Under the pieces are notes generated by a model that worked only from the letters and a program-made list of their open reading frames with translations, was not told the origin of the DNA and ran no database searches. A stretch of DNA of 64,000 nt from Takakia lepidozioides (lineage: Eukaryota > Plantae > Bryophyta), in assembly GCA_030704615.1 (NCBI GenBank), contig CM060734.1:41788001-41852000 (forward strand), in the 5' to 3' direction. Position 1 is the first letter of the stretch. Each line of letters opens with the position of its first letter. This document shows positions 50,896-64,000 of the stretch, piece after piece. Both the position numbers and the translations under genes were made by a program.

Positions 50896-53630
50896 AAATA
50901 TATCACTCGACACTACTGAAATTTAAACTTAGGGTGGGAATCTTGAGGCTAAGCTCTGACCCTGTTGGAAACATGAACAAATGCTTCCTTTCATCTTGGA
51001 AGGGTTAGTTTTTCTTGAAACTAATATAAAGAAACCAACATCTATTGCTTGGTAGGAAACACACAAAGCATGAACTCAACTAGGGAAGCTGTAAGTTAAT
51101 TATCTCTACTAAGGAAAGTCACGCTACTGGGGTGAACCCCTAAGAAATGGGGCGTGCTAGATCGTGAGCCTGACAACGTGAGCTTGTGAGCCCGTGAGCC
51201 TGGCGATGCCTACGCGAGCCTACCCTTTCCGAGACTTGTGGATCCATTACCGCGGCAAAACACATATTACAGTGGGAATTTAGTCCTTAAAGATATGGAG
51301 AACAATATGAATACAGCATAATTCATTGAACACTAAAAGAACTCTCATTTGTTGGCAAATGGAGGGCGAGAACTCACAAATACAATAGCACTTGAAGAAT
51401 ATTTTAAGAAACTACTTATTTTATTTTCTTACTTTGATGGGGGCTGCAAAACAAATGTGCGCCAACGTACACTTGTTTCGCAGTTTGTTCGATTGTTTAT
51501 TTGTTTGTTTATTTGTTTTGATGGTGGTGGAAAACAAGTGTGCGTCAATCTTGTTTTACAGCAACCCCACATGCAGCAACCCCACATCTCTGTCATCTTG
51601 CAGTAAAGATAATATGAGAGACTTGGGGTTGCTGCAAACAATGGTGCATTGACGCACACTCATTTCATTGCTGTTTCTTCTCCACGATATGGACAGGTAT
51701 ACACAATTGTCATCTCCGGATTTGTTCTGAGAACCCAAGGTCGCAATAGTTTGTATGACATGATTTTGTAAACATCAATGTGTGTGTATTTTGCCCCAGG
51801 TATATGAGTATAATAATTATAAATATAACAAGTTTTTATGTTTGTGCTATATATATATATTGGTTGTAAGGTGTTTATAGATTGTGTAGACAATTAAAAG
51901 TGTTTTAGGTAATCTGATTAAAGGTACATTGGGGGTATAAATAATAAGAGGACCACCCAAATTTTTTGTAGTGTCGATAATGATCGCATGTATTTGTGCA
52001 TAAATGAAGTATAGGGAAAGGGCAGCTGATAGGCCCTTCCACCCTTCCGCCCTCCTTGAACTCGGCGTTCAAAACGGTGGAAGGGCTCCTCAGCTTGCCC
52101 TTCATCAGCGTAAAAAACCAACATGTCCCTTCATGGGCCCCCCAAAATCGTCACCTTACGAATTTTGTAAAGGGTCTTACCCTTGGAATAAGGTACCTCC
52201 TCCTATGAGGATTGAACTTCCGTCTAAGAAGGTAATCATTTTAACAAAGGGAATTTCTGCCCAGGCAGTTTTTTTACATATTAACAAATGGGAGATAATT
52301 ACATTTAGTTTGCAACAGAGTGTAATAGGGTAACCTATGGTTGGTTCTAGTACTTAGGTTAACTTTATAGGGGAGCCTATGATATGTAGCCATGTATTGA
52401 TGGGGGATTCAACCCTGATTTGAAATGTGCGGATGTGTAAGAGGGCATCGAGCGAGCTCTTGTGTGCGTACTGCAATTTTCAAGAGGATGATCGAGAGAA
52501 AATGCAATGCAGTTTGTGCATAGTGATTTTAGTGAATGTACTAGTAAGCAGTGTGGGTTATGTCGGGTAGTTGATCGAGCTTAGGGACAGACAATGGCTT
52601 CTGCGTTTTTTTTGGGTCTATCGAGAGTGGTTTAGATCCAAGGTACACAATGGATTTATATGAGAGCGCTTGTGCTGAATAGGAAAGACAAGGAATATTG
52701 GCTTTGTGTTAAGTTAGGGTGTGAACTAGATGATATGTAGCTCGAATTGCCGAACTACAGGGAGGGGGATTAAACATCAATGGTTGTAAATGTGGGCAGG
52801 TCAAAGAGCTGTAACTGAGTGTATGTAGTATGCGAGGACACATATTGGGGAGAGACAAATATCGATGCTTGTTGATTGGCAGTGGTATACTATGCTAGTG
52901 CCGTGTTTGGTATGTGTAGTGGGAGGAATGCTAATTCATGAGCCTGCTCATGAGTTCACGTGAACCTGTGAGCTTGGCCAGGCTCACGTGAGCTTGGGAA
53001 GCGGGCCCCATAACCGCGGGTGTTTCATCTAATTCCGCGGATTTCTGTCATGTGACCGTTGAATCGTCATAGAATATGAAATGCAAATCTCATAATTGAG
53101 TATTAACCGAATATTGACCACAATCTATAGGTGAAGGAAAAAATGGATATGGAAAATTTGGTGCCCCAGTTAAAGAAAATGTGGTGGCCCTGTTGAAAGT
53201 CATTTGTCTTCTCTAATATATATATTATGTCAAATTTTGTTGTATGAATGAAGTTGCAGACATGATCTTCAACTAAATGAAATTGACTATGAACCAGCCA
53301 TAAGAGGCCTTACCAAAATATAAATACAGAAGTCATCCTGATTCGGAAGATGAAGACGTACTAATAGAGCTATCTCATGCAACGACTACAGTATCATCTA
53401 TGAATAATCTACCCCAAGAATAGGAATGTCTACGCAAGGGATCGGAGGATAGTGGAAAAAGTGTGTCGTGCGCATACATATCGCTACACAACTACATCGC
53501 TGTCCAAAAACCACACAACACATGTGCACGTCACACACTAGTCCACCACTAGTCCAACCACTAGGCTACAATTAGTCAGTCACTAGGCTGCTACTATGCT
53601 GCCCATTATGGCAGTCACTAGTCCACATAA

Positions 53631-56600
53631 TGATAAAGAAGAAGAATACAAGCACAAGCCCAACGAGCTCATAAAGCTGAAGCATAAACTCAGCTGGTCT
53701 TACCCCCGGCGTCGCAATCATGGTAGCCATGAACAATGGAGCCTGGCACATAGATGTCACCGCTCCCAGCAGCACACTAGCTGCCGTAGCCTTGGCAACA
53801 CTAGGTAGTGGTGCTGCTCGTGTAGCTCTCCCCAATGGCATAATAACCTCCGCCTCGGGAACAATCGGGCGAAAACTAGGTGCCATGGATGGAGTCGACA
53901 CTATCTCCGCCAATGTGAATGACTGAGGAAGCCTAGCCTAATGGCTTGCCTCCCCACGTTGTGAATCCAACTCCACATCTGCACCTCGTGGCTTAGGAAC
54001 TCGTGCTGCTCCTCGAGTCACGGCTGCAGCAGACTCACTCCACCTGCACTAGAGGTAGTGCTGCTCCGCACATGAATCCCATGCCTCCCATATCTCTTCC
54101 CTCAGGGTAGCTGCTGAAGCCGGTTGGCCATGCCTTGGTCAACACCCTGACCTCTGCGTCCTTGGCCATGTTGAGCTTGCCCTTGGCCTGCACCTCGTGC
54201 CTGGCCACCTCGTCCTCTCTGGGCTGCTCCAACACCCCGGCCAACATTGCTCCCTTGGAACTGGCCTGGGCGCAACTCAGAATGCAAACCATAACACTAG
54301 GCCTCTCCATCCCGTGCTTGCCACAATGCCCACACTGCAACTATGCAGGCTGTGCATGTGCCGGCCCTTTGCCTCCCTCTGGGCAATCCTTCTTGACATG
54401 GGGTCCTCCATATGTCCAACACACCACCTCCGCCCGTTGTTGGTCTGCAAATGAAGGGAGAGACCCCTGCATCTGAGGTCCTCTCTGTCCTTCCCTGAGC
54501 TTCACTTGAGCCCCATTGTTGCCTTGAACACATTGAGGTAGTGGTTGGCTAGGAGACTACTCGTTCCTCCACCATGTTGAGCTCTATCCGTACTGCCAGC
54601 AAAAACACATTTGTTAAGATGGGTTGGGTCGCTTGTAGAAGAGTGGCATCCCGCACCCTTCTCCTCAGCTCCTTGTCCAATATCCCATACCAGAATTGGA
54701 CTGCCTGAGCTTCCGTAACCCCTTGGGTTACATTTATCAAGCGCCTCATGCGAGTGAAAGCCTCCCTCAAGCTCTCAGTAGGCTTCCGTTGGAACTCTTG
54801 CAAGCTCCGCAACTTCTCTGTCCTCACCCCTTGATAGTTCCCTCTCAACTCTTCGAAGAACTCCACAACAGGGTTGAAGGCATGCACGGGTACTGGTGCT
54901 GGTGCGGTAGTGGCTTGGGGGGACGTCGTAGCTACAGTACCACCAGTCCCACTAGTCCCATTGTTGCTTGCTGCAGCTGCCAGTGCAGCGGCAGGTATAG
55001 CCACTGCCCTCGTGGCTCTAGTGCCCCTAGTGATAGAGACATAGTCGGGTGACCAGTACATCCTTCACTCCTCGATCTCAACCTTATGCCCCCGCCTGAA
55101 CTCATGGTAATCATCCATAGGCGGCCCCTCAAGGTGCTGAAACAACCTCTTTCATGCCATGAAATACGTAAATAGTTGTGGATTACGCATTTGCTGCAAA
55201 TCACACCAACTTTCAAACTCTTGGATAAAATCATCCAACTTGATGGTGCCCACCGCCCCAGAGTACCTTCGTGGCCCCTTGGTAGCTCTATACATCTCCT
55301 CCATTGTGTCCCACAACAATGGCAAGGAAACAACTTGCACCGCCGGTGTGAGTCCTCCTGATTCACAATCCGAATCAGAACTTTCCGTAGAAGACACAGG
55401 AGGTGAAGATGGCCTAAACCGCACACCTCGTCTCGTGTACCCACTAGTATCGCTAGTGCTCGAACCGGCACTGTCCCCAGCAACTAGTGGCACCTCCGTG
55501 TTGACAAACTGTCACTCAACCGGTCATGAACATGTCCCTAACCCCCTCTCCACAAGGTAACCGGGTAGAGAACCTGTTGCGGCTTATGGTTTGGAATACT
55601 AGGTTCCTAACATAGCCTATACCTGCACCTGCATCCACTGCAAGCACTCATATGGTTGGCTGGTTATCACCTCCAACCTCACCACAGGAGAAACAATGAT
55701 GGCCTGACTGGTCATCACCCCAGCCTCACCATTGACAGCATGCTCTAGGACTGGCCGGTGATCAAATCCGGACCAATCACCTATAAAAACAAGCGCCCAC
55801 ACAAAACTAACATGGTGCACAGTCAAGCATGTAGGTATGGAAGGGATCCAAACACAAGAATCAGAACGACAACTCCCCCACACCAAAAACAACTCCACGG
55901 TGTTGCTCCTGCAAGGACACCCCAGCCTAAACCCGGCCGCCCTCCACGAACGTCAAAATTCGGCCCTCAAGACCACATGTCAGTCCTTAGGCAGTTCATC
56001 AGTGCCTCCACGAGTCAGCACAAGCCGTCCACAGGTCAACACGGGCCACCACGAGTCAGCACATGCCGTCCACAGGTCAACACGGGCCACCACAGACGAG
56101 CACAGGCCCACACAGATCACTGGTCACAGCCGTCACAGCCCCACACAGGCCACAACCCATCACAGCCCCAAAGGCCACAGGTCACAGCCTGTCACAGCCC
56201 CAAAGGCCACATACACAACCTGTCATAGCCCCTCACAGCCCATCACAGCCTGTCACAGTCCGTCACAGCCCCTCAAGCAACAGGTCATAGCCTGTCACAG
56301 CCCTACACAAGTCACATGGGTCACAGTCCCAAAGGCCACAGCCCGTCACAGCCCCACAAGGCACAGGGCACAGCTTGTCACAGCCCATCATAGCCTGTCA
56401 CAGCCCCATCCATGGCCACTCATGGCAGTTTAGCCATTTCTCCAAGGGGTTTAGCCACGCCAAGCTAGGGTTTGTGTCTCTTGGGCTCTAGGCTTCTTTG
56501 CACCGAGCTATGACGGCTGTGAGAAAATCAGCAAGGTATTCTTGCTCTAGTAGCTCTAATTCCAAAGGAAGATGTTTGCAACCGAAACTAAGTGCACAAG

Positions 56601-58193
56601 CTTCCTTTTAACTCACAAAACAACGCCATTGATCCTTATGGCGACTAACCAAACATGGCTGACTTCCAGCCCTTGTAGGCACTCATTCACGTGCTTTTCT
56701 TGACCATAGCATGCCCTTTGCACCTAATCCAGCCCCTGCACCTGCTGCTTCAAGAGTTGTGCTCCGTTTAAGCTTGAAGTTGAAACCCCAACTCACATAG
56801 GCCCTACAAGTGTTTTTATTTCACCCCAAGTGGAAACCAGCCCTAGCCCTTCCATTCTAGCTCTCTAAAGCTTGAAAACAAGAGACTCAATGGGCTGAAG
56901 GCATGCTCCACACATGCCCCACTCTCACCAATCAGCTCCTTTGCTTCATTTCTTACACCCAGAAACCTGAAAATACAAGCTTCAGCGGGCTGAAAGCATG
57001 CTCCATACATGCCCTACAGGGAAACCAGCCCCTTCCTTCATTTCTTGCACTCCCAAACCTGAAAGTACAAGCCTTCAACAGGCTGAAAGCATACATGCAT
57101 TGCCCTCACATAAGGGAAGTCAGCTTTTCCCTCTTCCTTGCTTGCCCTCCAAGCTTGAACATGGAAGCTTCAATGAGTTGAATACATGCTCCACACATGC
57201 AACCTCTTCACACAAGAGGTATCAGCCCCCTATCTTGGCTCGTTGGCTCCTTGATGCTCTCTAAGACAAGACTAAGCACTCCATAGGCTTTGCCAAGCTT
57301 CTGAAACCCTAAGGCTTACATTTCCAACCACAAGACACTCCTCTTGTGGTGCAAGAGCTCTTCTTCCAAGCTCTGAAACCCTAGGTGCACATTCTATGGC
57401 CTTGCCGCAGCTCCTGTTCCAGTCCTACTCTTGCCATGACAAGAGCCCTATCAATGCTGAAGCTCGAGATTGAAACCCAATCTCAATATACTCCACAAAG
57501 TGCACTGATTTGCCCCAAGCCAAATCAGCCCTTTTGCTTGGTCTTGCAATCCTTCACACAATGAAAGCTCGCATTCCCAAGTCCAGTTCTCAGCTTTGCC
57601 ACCAAAGCCACTCTAACCTCCTCTTGACTAGTCATCTTTCCAATCGTGCTTGCTCATGCATGTACACAATCTGAAACCATCAAGGTGCTCTGGAATTACC
57701 TGCAGCATGGTGCTTTCATCTCTGAAGCTGAAGATCGAATGCCAAGGTCTACTACCTCGTAACCCACATCGCCTCCGCTTCTAACAACCAAGAGCTCAAC
57801 GGTGCTCCTTGCATAACAACCTGGTTTCTCTCATTCTCAAGCAAAAACCACAAGTGCTACAACTAACTCGTATCTGGCACTCACAGATACGAGCTCATCT
57901 TTCTCGAGTGATAAAGAAGAAGAATACAAGCACAAGCTCAACGAGCTCACAAAGCTGAAGCATAAACTCATGTATATATAACCTCATCACTCAAATACAA
58001 GTCAAGCCAAGTGCACCCCACGCCATGGGGAATCCACACTATGGTGCCATAGCTAGGCACGGTGAGGCTCAACTCGAGAAAGATGAGCCTCCCGCGCTCC
58101 AGGGCCTAAATCTGCCTTGACCCCTGGATTGACACTTGGGCCAATCCCAAATGTCAATATGTAAAAGCTAGCTATTTCCTAGCTAGTTTCACA
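53631..58193 (-). mobile_element. Ty3/gypsy-type LTR retrotransposon deletion derivative (gag plus one LTR, no pol)
   Basis: Gag at about 53700-55500: YSGAVGTIKLDDFIQEFESWC, FQRKPTESLREAFTRMRRL, AVQFWYGILDKELRRRV and zinc knuckles CWTYGGPHVKKDCP and CGHCGK. In-frame TGA codons sit at probable Trp positions. Candidate LTR 56518-58193 (TGTGAGA...TTTCACA). 62 bp of it (57909-57970) recurs at 53631-53692. Confidence 0.82.
56005..56410. repeat. gtcacagcc-type minisatellite in the retroelement leader
   Basis: Many tandem (t)cacag(c/g)cc variants. Confidence 0.85.
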
Positions 58194-58876
58194 CTAGTGG
58201 TAAAATAACTTGACAGGCGAATTATGACACATGGATAGCTCTTTCGCCACTGCCTCCGCATACACAGGTAGCCGGTAGAAATGTGGTGGACTTTGAAGAA
58301 ACGCCTAGGAAAGCAAAAATGACACCATTCCCGTGGCAGCAAATGAACTCATGCAAGACAACAAATATTGAGCATACTCCTAAAAGATATAGTGCGAGGC
58401 AGCTATGGTAGAAATGGGTACTCGTTAAGTGGAAAAAATAAATGACAAAGAACAATGGTTAAAAAAGTAAGGATGCACTCATAGGTAAAGTCGTCATCAA
58501 CCTCCTTATCCTCTGCCTCTCCCAAGTCAACAATAACTATAGACTCTATTTGTCTGCCGGAAGAAGACCCCACACACAGTGGAGCAATGACACCGTCATA
58601 TACATCTGCATCTCCATCCATCCCAAAAAGATGCCTCCCAGCAGCTCTACAAGCATGGACGGAAGCTCCTACACGTGGATATATTGCATGAGGATGTGAG
58701 GACTTATAGTTTCAGAAATGCAGAATTGGAGGCATTGAAGGCACCAAATTCGACAAACCAACCTGTGGAGAGAGACAGATTTTCGAGCCTTGAGCCATGG
58801 AGGCCGCAAGTCTCGATACGAGTCTGCATCAACGCCGGGCTCTTCTCCCGAGCACCTCTCCATGGAACTCCATATT

Positions 58877-59265
58877 ATTTATTGCTTCATAAAGCCTTGC
58901 CATGAGGAGAGTAATTATGTGGGAGTTGACACCCATATAATAAATCTCTATCAATGACCGTAGTGTGCCCCCATTTTTGAGCCATCATAAAACCTTTACA
59001 GGAGAAGAGATATTATGTGGTAGTTGAAGCCCACATAATACTCTTTCCATGACAGACTCTGTGAAACGATTTGTCCCGGGGAAAACCCTACTATCCGCCA
59101 TGCAGTGTGGCCCTCATTTTCTTTTTATTGCTAATACCTTACCAGAAAGAGAGATTTTATGTGGGTGTTGAAGCCCACATAATCTCTCTTTGTCAATTAG
59201 AGGTAGTGTGACCCTCATTTTCTTTTTATTGCTTCATAAAGCGTTGCCAGGAGAGATATTATGTA
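58877..59265. repeat. Tandem array of about 100-140 bp units, each carrying a hairpin
   Basis: ttatgtggg-(loop)-cccacataat palindrome at about 58915, 59012 and 59158; partial at 59258; solo copy at 60241. Confidence 0.8.
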
Positions 59266-61397
59266 TAGGGGGGTGATTGCAAACTAGAGTGGACCAAAAA
59301 CAGCAGATCATGAGTACATAAAAGAATACATAAAGGAGGATGTGGCGAATCCTCAACCATCGAATTTGCTTCAACTGACAATCTTGACCGTCTATTATTG
59401 ACTGTTAAAACCAAGATTTTTAAATTGCGATAATATCAATTAACAATTTTATTCTTTGAAATTTGATCATAATCAACTGTGCATTTATGGTGAATGAATG
59501 CGTCTAATGAAAAAAGTTTTGTTATTTCAAAAGAATTTAGTCATAAAGGACTTTATGAAAATGCTATTTTTGAGGCTCAATATAGTACATAATATTTTTT
59601 TAAGTTCATATTTTTGAATGATAGTTTTCATTCCAGATCCCTCATTCTCCAAAACAAGTTGAGAGAGTCCCTTTTCTTGACTTTGTTCTAACTCCTATAT
59701 TAAAAAAGTCCATAACGTCTTTTTTTATGGACTGTGACAATTCCTTATGATAGCATCTAGAGATTCTGGTTTTTGATAATGAGATTTAAAAGTGTGAAAG
59801 TATATGTAGATGAGCCTCTATATATTAGTCCTTTTTTATTGATGGCATTGTCATGTAGGAGTATGATAATTTACCACTATTCTATGTCTGGAAAAAACAG
59901 TGTTGTGACAGCAAAAAATGGACACTGTAGGCTGCAATCACCCAGGGTAGAGCACGTTTGGAGGGCATCACGTGACGCTGAGGGCCCGAAAATCCCTTAA
60001 TGCCCGACAGGCGGGGCTCTATTCTACGTAAAGCATTATCCCATATCGATTGCACAACCTGCAGACCGCATTAAGTATATAAGTGGGTGGGCTCCACGGG
60101 TGGAGGTCGGGGGTGGTGGTGGCAGGTGATTAGGGCTAAGGGTAATGCACTATGGCCGCTGTAATGCCCTGGCACGGATCAGGTGCGACAATACGGATAT
60201 TAACGAGCATATTTTAACAAAGAAAAATTTAGGGAAATGCTTTACGTGGGTGTTGAAGCCCACATAACACTACAATACACCCTAGGATTTTCAACCTTTC
60301 AATTTGACGTTTTATTTTACTGTTGTTACTTTTGACTGCTAGATTGACTGCCTAGCTAAAAATAATATTAAAATATTAGACATAGTTGATTATAGTGAAA
60401 AAATTTCACTGTGTCAGGGTCATAATTATAGCTACAGTGAAAAATTTTGACTGACTTCTTTCACTGATCTAACACGACCATTCAAACACAGACACGTGTA
60501 TCTGTTTATATATATATTAATGTGGATACAGAAGTAGTAAAAAGTTTGACCATTCTTTCACTGACATTTCATCGACTTGGCGTCTGTTGGTTAAGGATAG
60601 TGAAATAGAACAACTAGATTACCCGCAGTAGTCTTTTGTACTAAACTTACAGTGAAAAGTACAAAGTAGAATTTAAAGATTCAAAAAATTCAAAAAGTTC
60701 AAAAGTCAATAGGGTTGCGGGCACGTTTTCGTCGTGAGTAGAGAGGGCTGTGGTGTGATTGTCGGTGATAATATAGAGCCCACCCCCAAAAGGGGCAGTA
60801 GCCGTAAGGTGAAGTGACTCTTTAGTTACGCCGACCTTGGCCGGATTCATCTCTTTCTCTCACTCTCTCATGAAAATCTTGTCATAATACAGAGAATCTT
60901 CCTCTATTCTCTCCACTAATGGATTGTAGTGTTTTTTAGAGAATTTTTCTAAAACTTTATATGTTCATGTTCTTGTGTTGTGTCTGGAGTTACATTGACA
61001 TGTCTTAATGATGTTGCAAAAATTCTAAGACACAATTGAACAAGTGTGTGGTATACTTGGCTTCTACGTATCAGATATATACTGTAAGAGTTTGTGTTTT
61101 ACATATCAGATATATGTTATAAGAGTAACTTGTGAATCGTTATGATGACATGTTATTTCACTAGGGAGTAAGACTGAACCTCAAGGTTTAAGGAGTAAAA
61201 GTTAATATTCGATGACTTATCCATGGAAACATTGTAGTTGAAACTGATTTCTTATCCATTAGAAGACGAAATTCATTTGTAAGTTCTATCGTCACTCCTC
61301 AAGAGGTTATTAACGAACTTTCATTTGATCTCCTTGATGTGTTGATTTCGACGAAGAAGACGGATTTCGGACTAAGTTGCTAAAAAAACGGATGTGT

Positions 61398-62125
61398 GAA
61401 CTCGATTATAAGGAGGATGACGATATTAGCAACCCGTCGACTAAGTTTTGGAAGTCCTAATACAAGACCTCGCAGATATACAGAACTTTGATCATTCTCC
61501 GTCAACTTTCACCACAAATTCGAGACCCTCATCCTATATGTGCCTGTTCAAAGACCATAAATCCTTGCAATTATATACACACGTCACTGGACCGTCAAGT
61601 CCAGAGTGATCTTCCTTGCAGAAGTAGAGGAGTTTCTCCCTCACTTTTCTGTGCTCAAAAGCTATTTCTCAAACAAAGATGCACTAAAGCAGAGATCGCA
61701 AAGAAAACTAAACTCCACAAGAATGGTGGCTCTCTTAAACAACGACACACTAAAGCAGAGATAACAAAGAAAACTAAACCCCACAGATGACGATGACAAC
61801 TCGTCCTCGTCCGCATCTGCAGCAGTCTCTTAGCAGCCTTGGCATCCAAAACTGTCATTTTCCTTCAAATTTCATCGCAACGGGCTCCCTTCTAGCGCAT
61901 GGCTCCTCCTCCTCCTCAGGATAGGACTTTGGAGGATCCAAGTAACATCTGTATGTGGTGGCGGTTCACTAATTCAGTACTGTTGCAAGCAAATCTCGCA
62001 GATGCAGTCACCTTTGACCTTGATCCAGCGTTGCATGCATGAACTCGATTATAAGGAGGATGACGATGACAACTCGTCGACTAAGTTTTGGAAGTCCCAA
62101 TATAGGACCTAACACAATACATAAA
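61398..62125. repeat. Direct repeats of about 85 bp (61398-61485, 62040-62125) enclosing an internal duplication with about 69-bp period
   Basis: tgaactcgattataaggaggatgacgat...cgtcgactaagttttggaagtcc twice; cactaaagcagagat..caaagaaaactaaac twice. Confidence 0.8.
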
Positions 62126-62901
62126 CTACGATCTTAAGCTCATGGCAGCAGTCAATTTATGGAAACTTTGGCTATGAGGTTATCCTTCTATTTGAATGAC
62201 AAGATAATGTCTAAGTTTGTTACAAATAGAGCTTCCTGACAAACTTTCACTGGTTTTTTTGCAGCTCTCGTCCGAGTGGTTCTCATCTTCTGTAGTTGGA
62301 AAAAAGCCTGGTGAGGTTTCAAAACTCATGCTCCCTCTTTACAAAGCAACAAAAGGAGGATGCAAACGAAGACATGGATTCTCTTTCTGAGGAGGACGAC
62401 AGTTCTGAGGAAGGAAGCCCCTCGATAGCCATACTGGAAGTATGAGAAACTGTTGAGCAGCCTATTGAGACCAAGACAATCAGCGAGGAAGACAACACAA
62501 GGTCTGAGCAGAAGGACAGAGAGCACCTCCACATCCATAGTGCAGGAAGAACGCACTCTGGAGAAGCTTGTTCTCGTCAAGAAGAGGCGAGGCCTTCGTG
62601 GTTAGGAGCTAGGAATTGTGTTGAGGAGAAAAAGGTACCAAAACCGAACCGCCATTATAGGAGTTCATTATATATAATCCTTTTTGACGATCGAACTAGC
62701 GAACGCGAACGTAAACCACTTATACCACCCGCAGGTCATGTTTTGACATATTAACATGAATATTAATCTTATTGGAGAAGTTTTTCTTAAGAAATCTCAA
62801 ACATGCTCAAACATTTTCGGAAATCTTCAATTTTATTTTGAAAAATAGCATATTTAAGCATTATTATTTCAAAGACGGTGGTTTGCACATTTGTAACCTA
62901 A

Positions 62902-63694
62902 TCAACCAGCAGATTTTCCTTTGAACTCTTTTTTGGTTGGCGATCTAGGACTTGCTCGAATGGAACCTTTGCTAGAAATGGAGCTTGTACTTGACCCTGA
63001 TCGACTTGATCGCGGCGTGGATGTATTTGAAGGCATCTTAAAACCAGCCTCCGACACACGTTTTTCAATTTCTGTAGCAAATTGCGGATTGTCATTTGCC
63101 AATCCTCGCACCTTGTACAAGATGTCTTTTGCAATGTCTCGTAGCTCGCCCAATAACAACTCTTTGGTTATCTTATTCACCTCAGCCAAGCTGTAAAAGT
63201 TTTTGTAGGAAAATAAGAAATTATATTTTCAAAGTCAGTGTATTTTACGATATTGCATCCCGTTTTGGGGATAATTGGGGTTTATCTTTACAACTAGTTG
63301 TTGGTGGAATGATATAGCATAATACCTCATTGTCATTGTTATGATAAAATTATAGAATTAAAAGTGAATAAAAAGTTAAATACAATATCCGAAGTTACCT
63401 CATAAGTTTATGTAATTTGTATTATTTAATTAAAATAAATCATCCAAAAACTGGAAATTCCGTGTAAAAATGGATCCATTGTAGATTGAAGATTTTGGAA
63501 GCTTACGGTGATCTATCTTTCAGTTCTTTCATCAACTTGTCAAGTTGGGTAGAGGCGCGTTCATATTTACGTGTTTGTTCCTCTTTCTCTTTCTTTACAT
63601 CCTCAACTTTTCGTTGTAGATCTTCACAAATATCTGTTACTGTCTTGCATTCTTTCTCTATGTTTTGCACATGAGCTTCTTCTTGCGCCAACTC
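62902..63694 (-). CDS. 3' exons of an unidentified coiled-coil protein gene (exons 63507-63694, 62902-63190)
   Basis: tag|ELAQEEAHVQNIEKECK...KELKDRS(P)|gtaagc...tttacag|LAEVNKITKELLLGELRD...Ser-rich tail and stop. Splice phases match. No family recognised. Confidence 0.55.
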
Positions 63695-64000
63695 CTAAAT
63701 TAACCTCATCAATTAGCAAAAATCGAGATATTGATGTAACTTACAGTGAACTTGCCAAGTCTTTCGAATTCAAGACACAACAAGTTTCAGTCACCAAAAC
63801 AATGAACTAAAATTATTGGTAAGAGACTAAAGTTTTCCACCCAAAACCTCATAGAACGTAAAATTATTCACTCACCAATAATATTTAACTTTAAATCCAT
63901 AATCATTTCAGTACAATCTACTATTATATTGGCATCGACTTATCTTTAAATCATTGTATATTACAACCCACTTCTCTACGTATTATAAGGTACATATGAT

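Noticed and set aside
55758-56433. 156-aa and 198-aa Pro/His/Thr-rich ORFs
   Set aside because: Products of the gtcacagcc minisatellite in the retroelement leader
58192-58206. CACTAGTGGTAAAA as a CACTA transposon terminus
   Set aside because: No matching opposite end or transposase found, and it overlaps the putative LTR end
58877-59265. Palindromic repeats with spacers resembling a CRISPR array
   Set aside because: The spacers are homologous to each other, the repeats are degenerate, there are no cas genes, and the context is a plant nuclear genome

Overview
Nuclear DNA of a land plant, most likely a non-seed plant. The evidence is intron-rich genes, a PAL C-terminus (GWAGIPGPY) resembling bryophyte/lycophyte enzymes, and a plastid insert showing heavy C-to-U editing dependence. 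0-19 kb is gene-dense: the 3' exons of proteasome subunit RPN10 (+), an SBT2-type subtilase (-), a multi-pass membrane protein of the At2g12400-like family (+) and a RETICULATA-related DUF3411 gene (+). 19.5-33 kb is a transposon graveyard with LINE ends, MITEs, a 192-bp tandem repeat and two inverted relics of Replitron HUH-endonuclease transposons. 34-41 kb holds a convergent PAL (+) / DREB2-type AP2/ERF (-) pair. The PAL has a 200-bp frameshifting internal repeat. The DREB2 has an HSE+ABRE promoter and a possible CUG start/uORF arrangement. 42-64 kb is nested repeats: a Mutator-like element, an ndhI plastid insert, an hAT MITE, copia and gypsy relics, and the end of a spliced coiled-coil gene. 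All family assignments come from motif recognition by eye; no database search was run. I found no clearly new multi-gene system.
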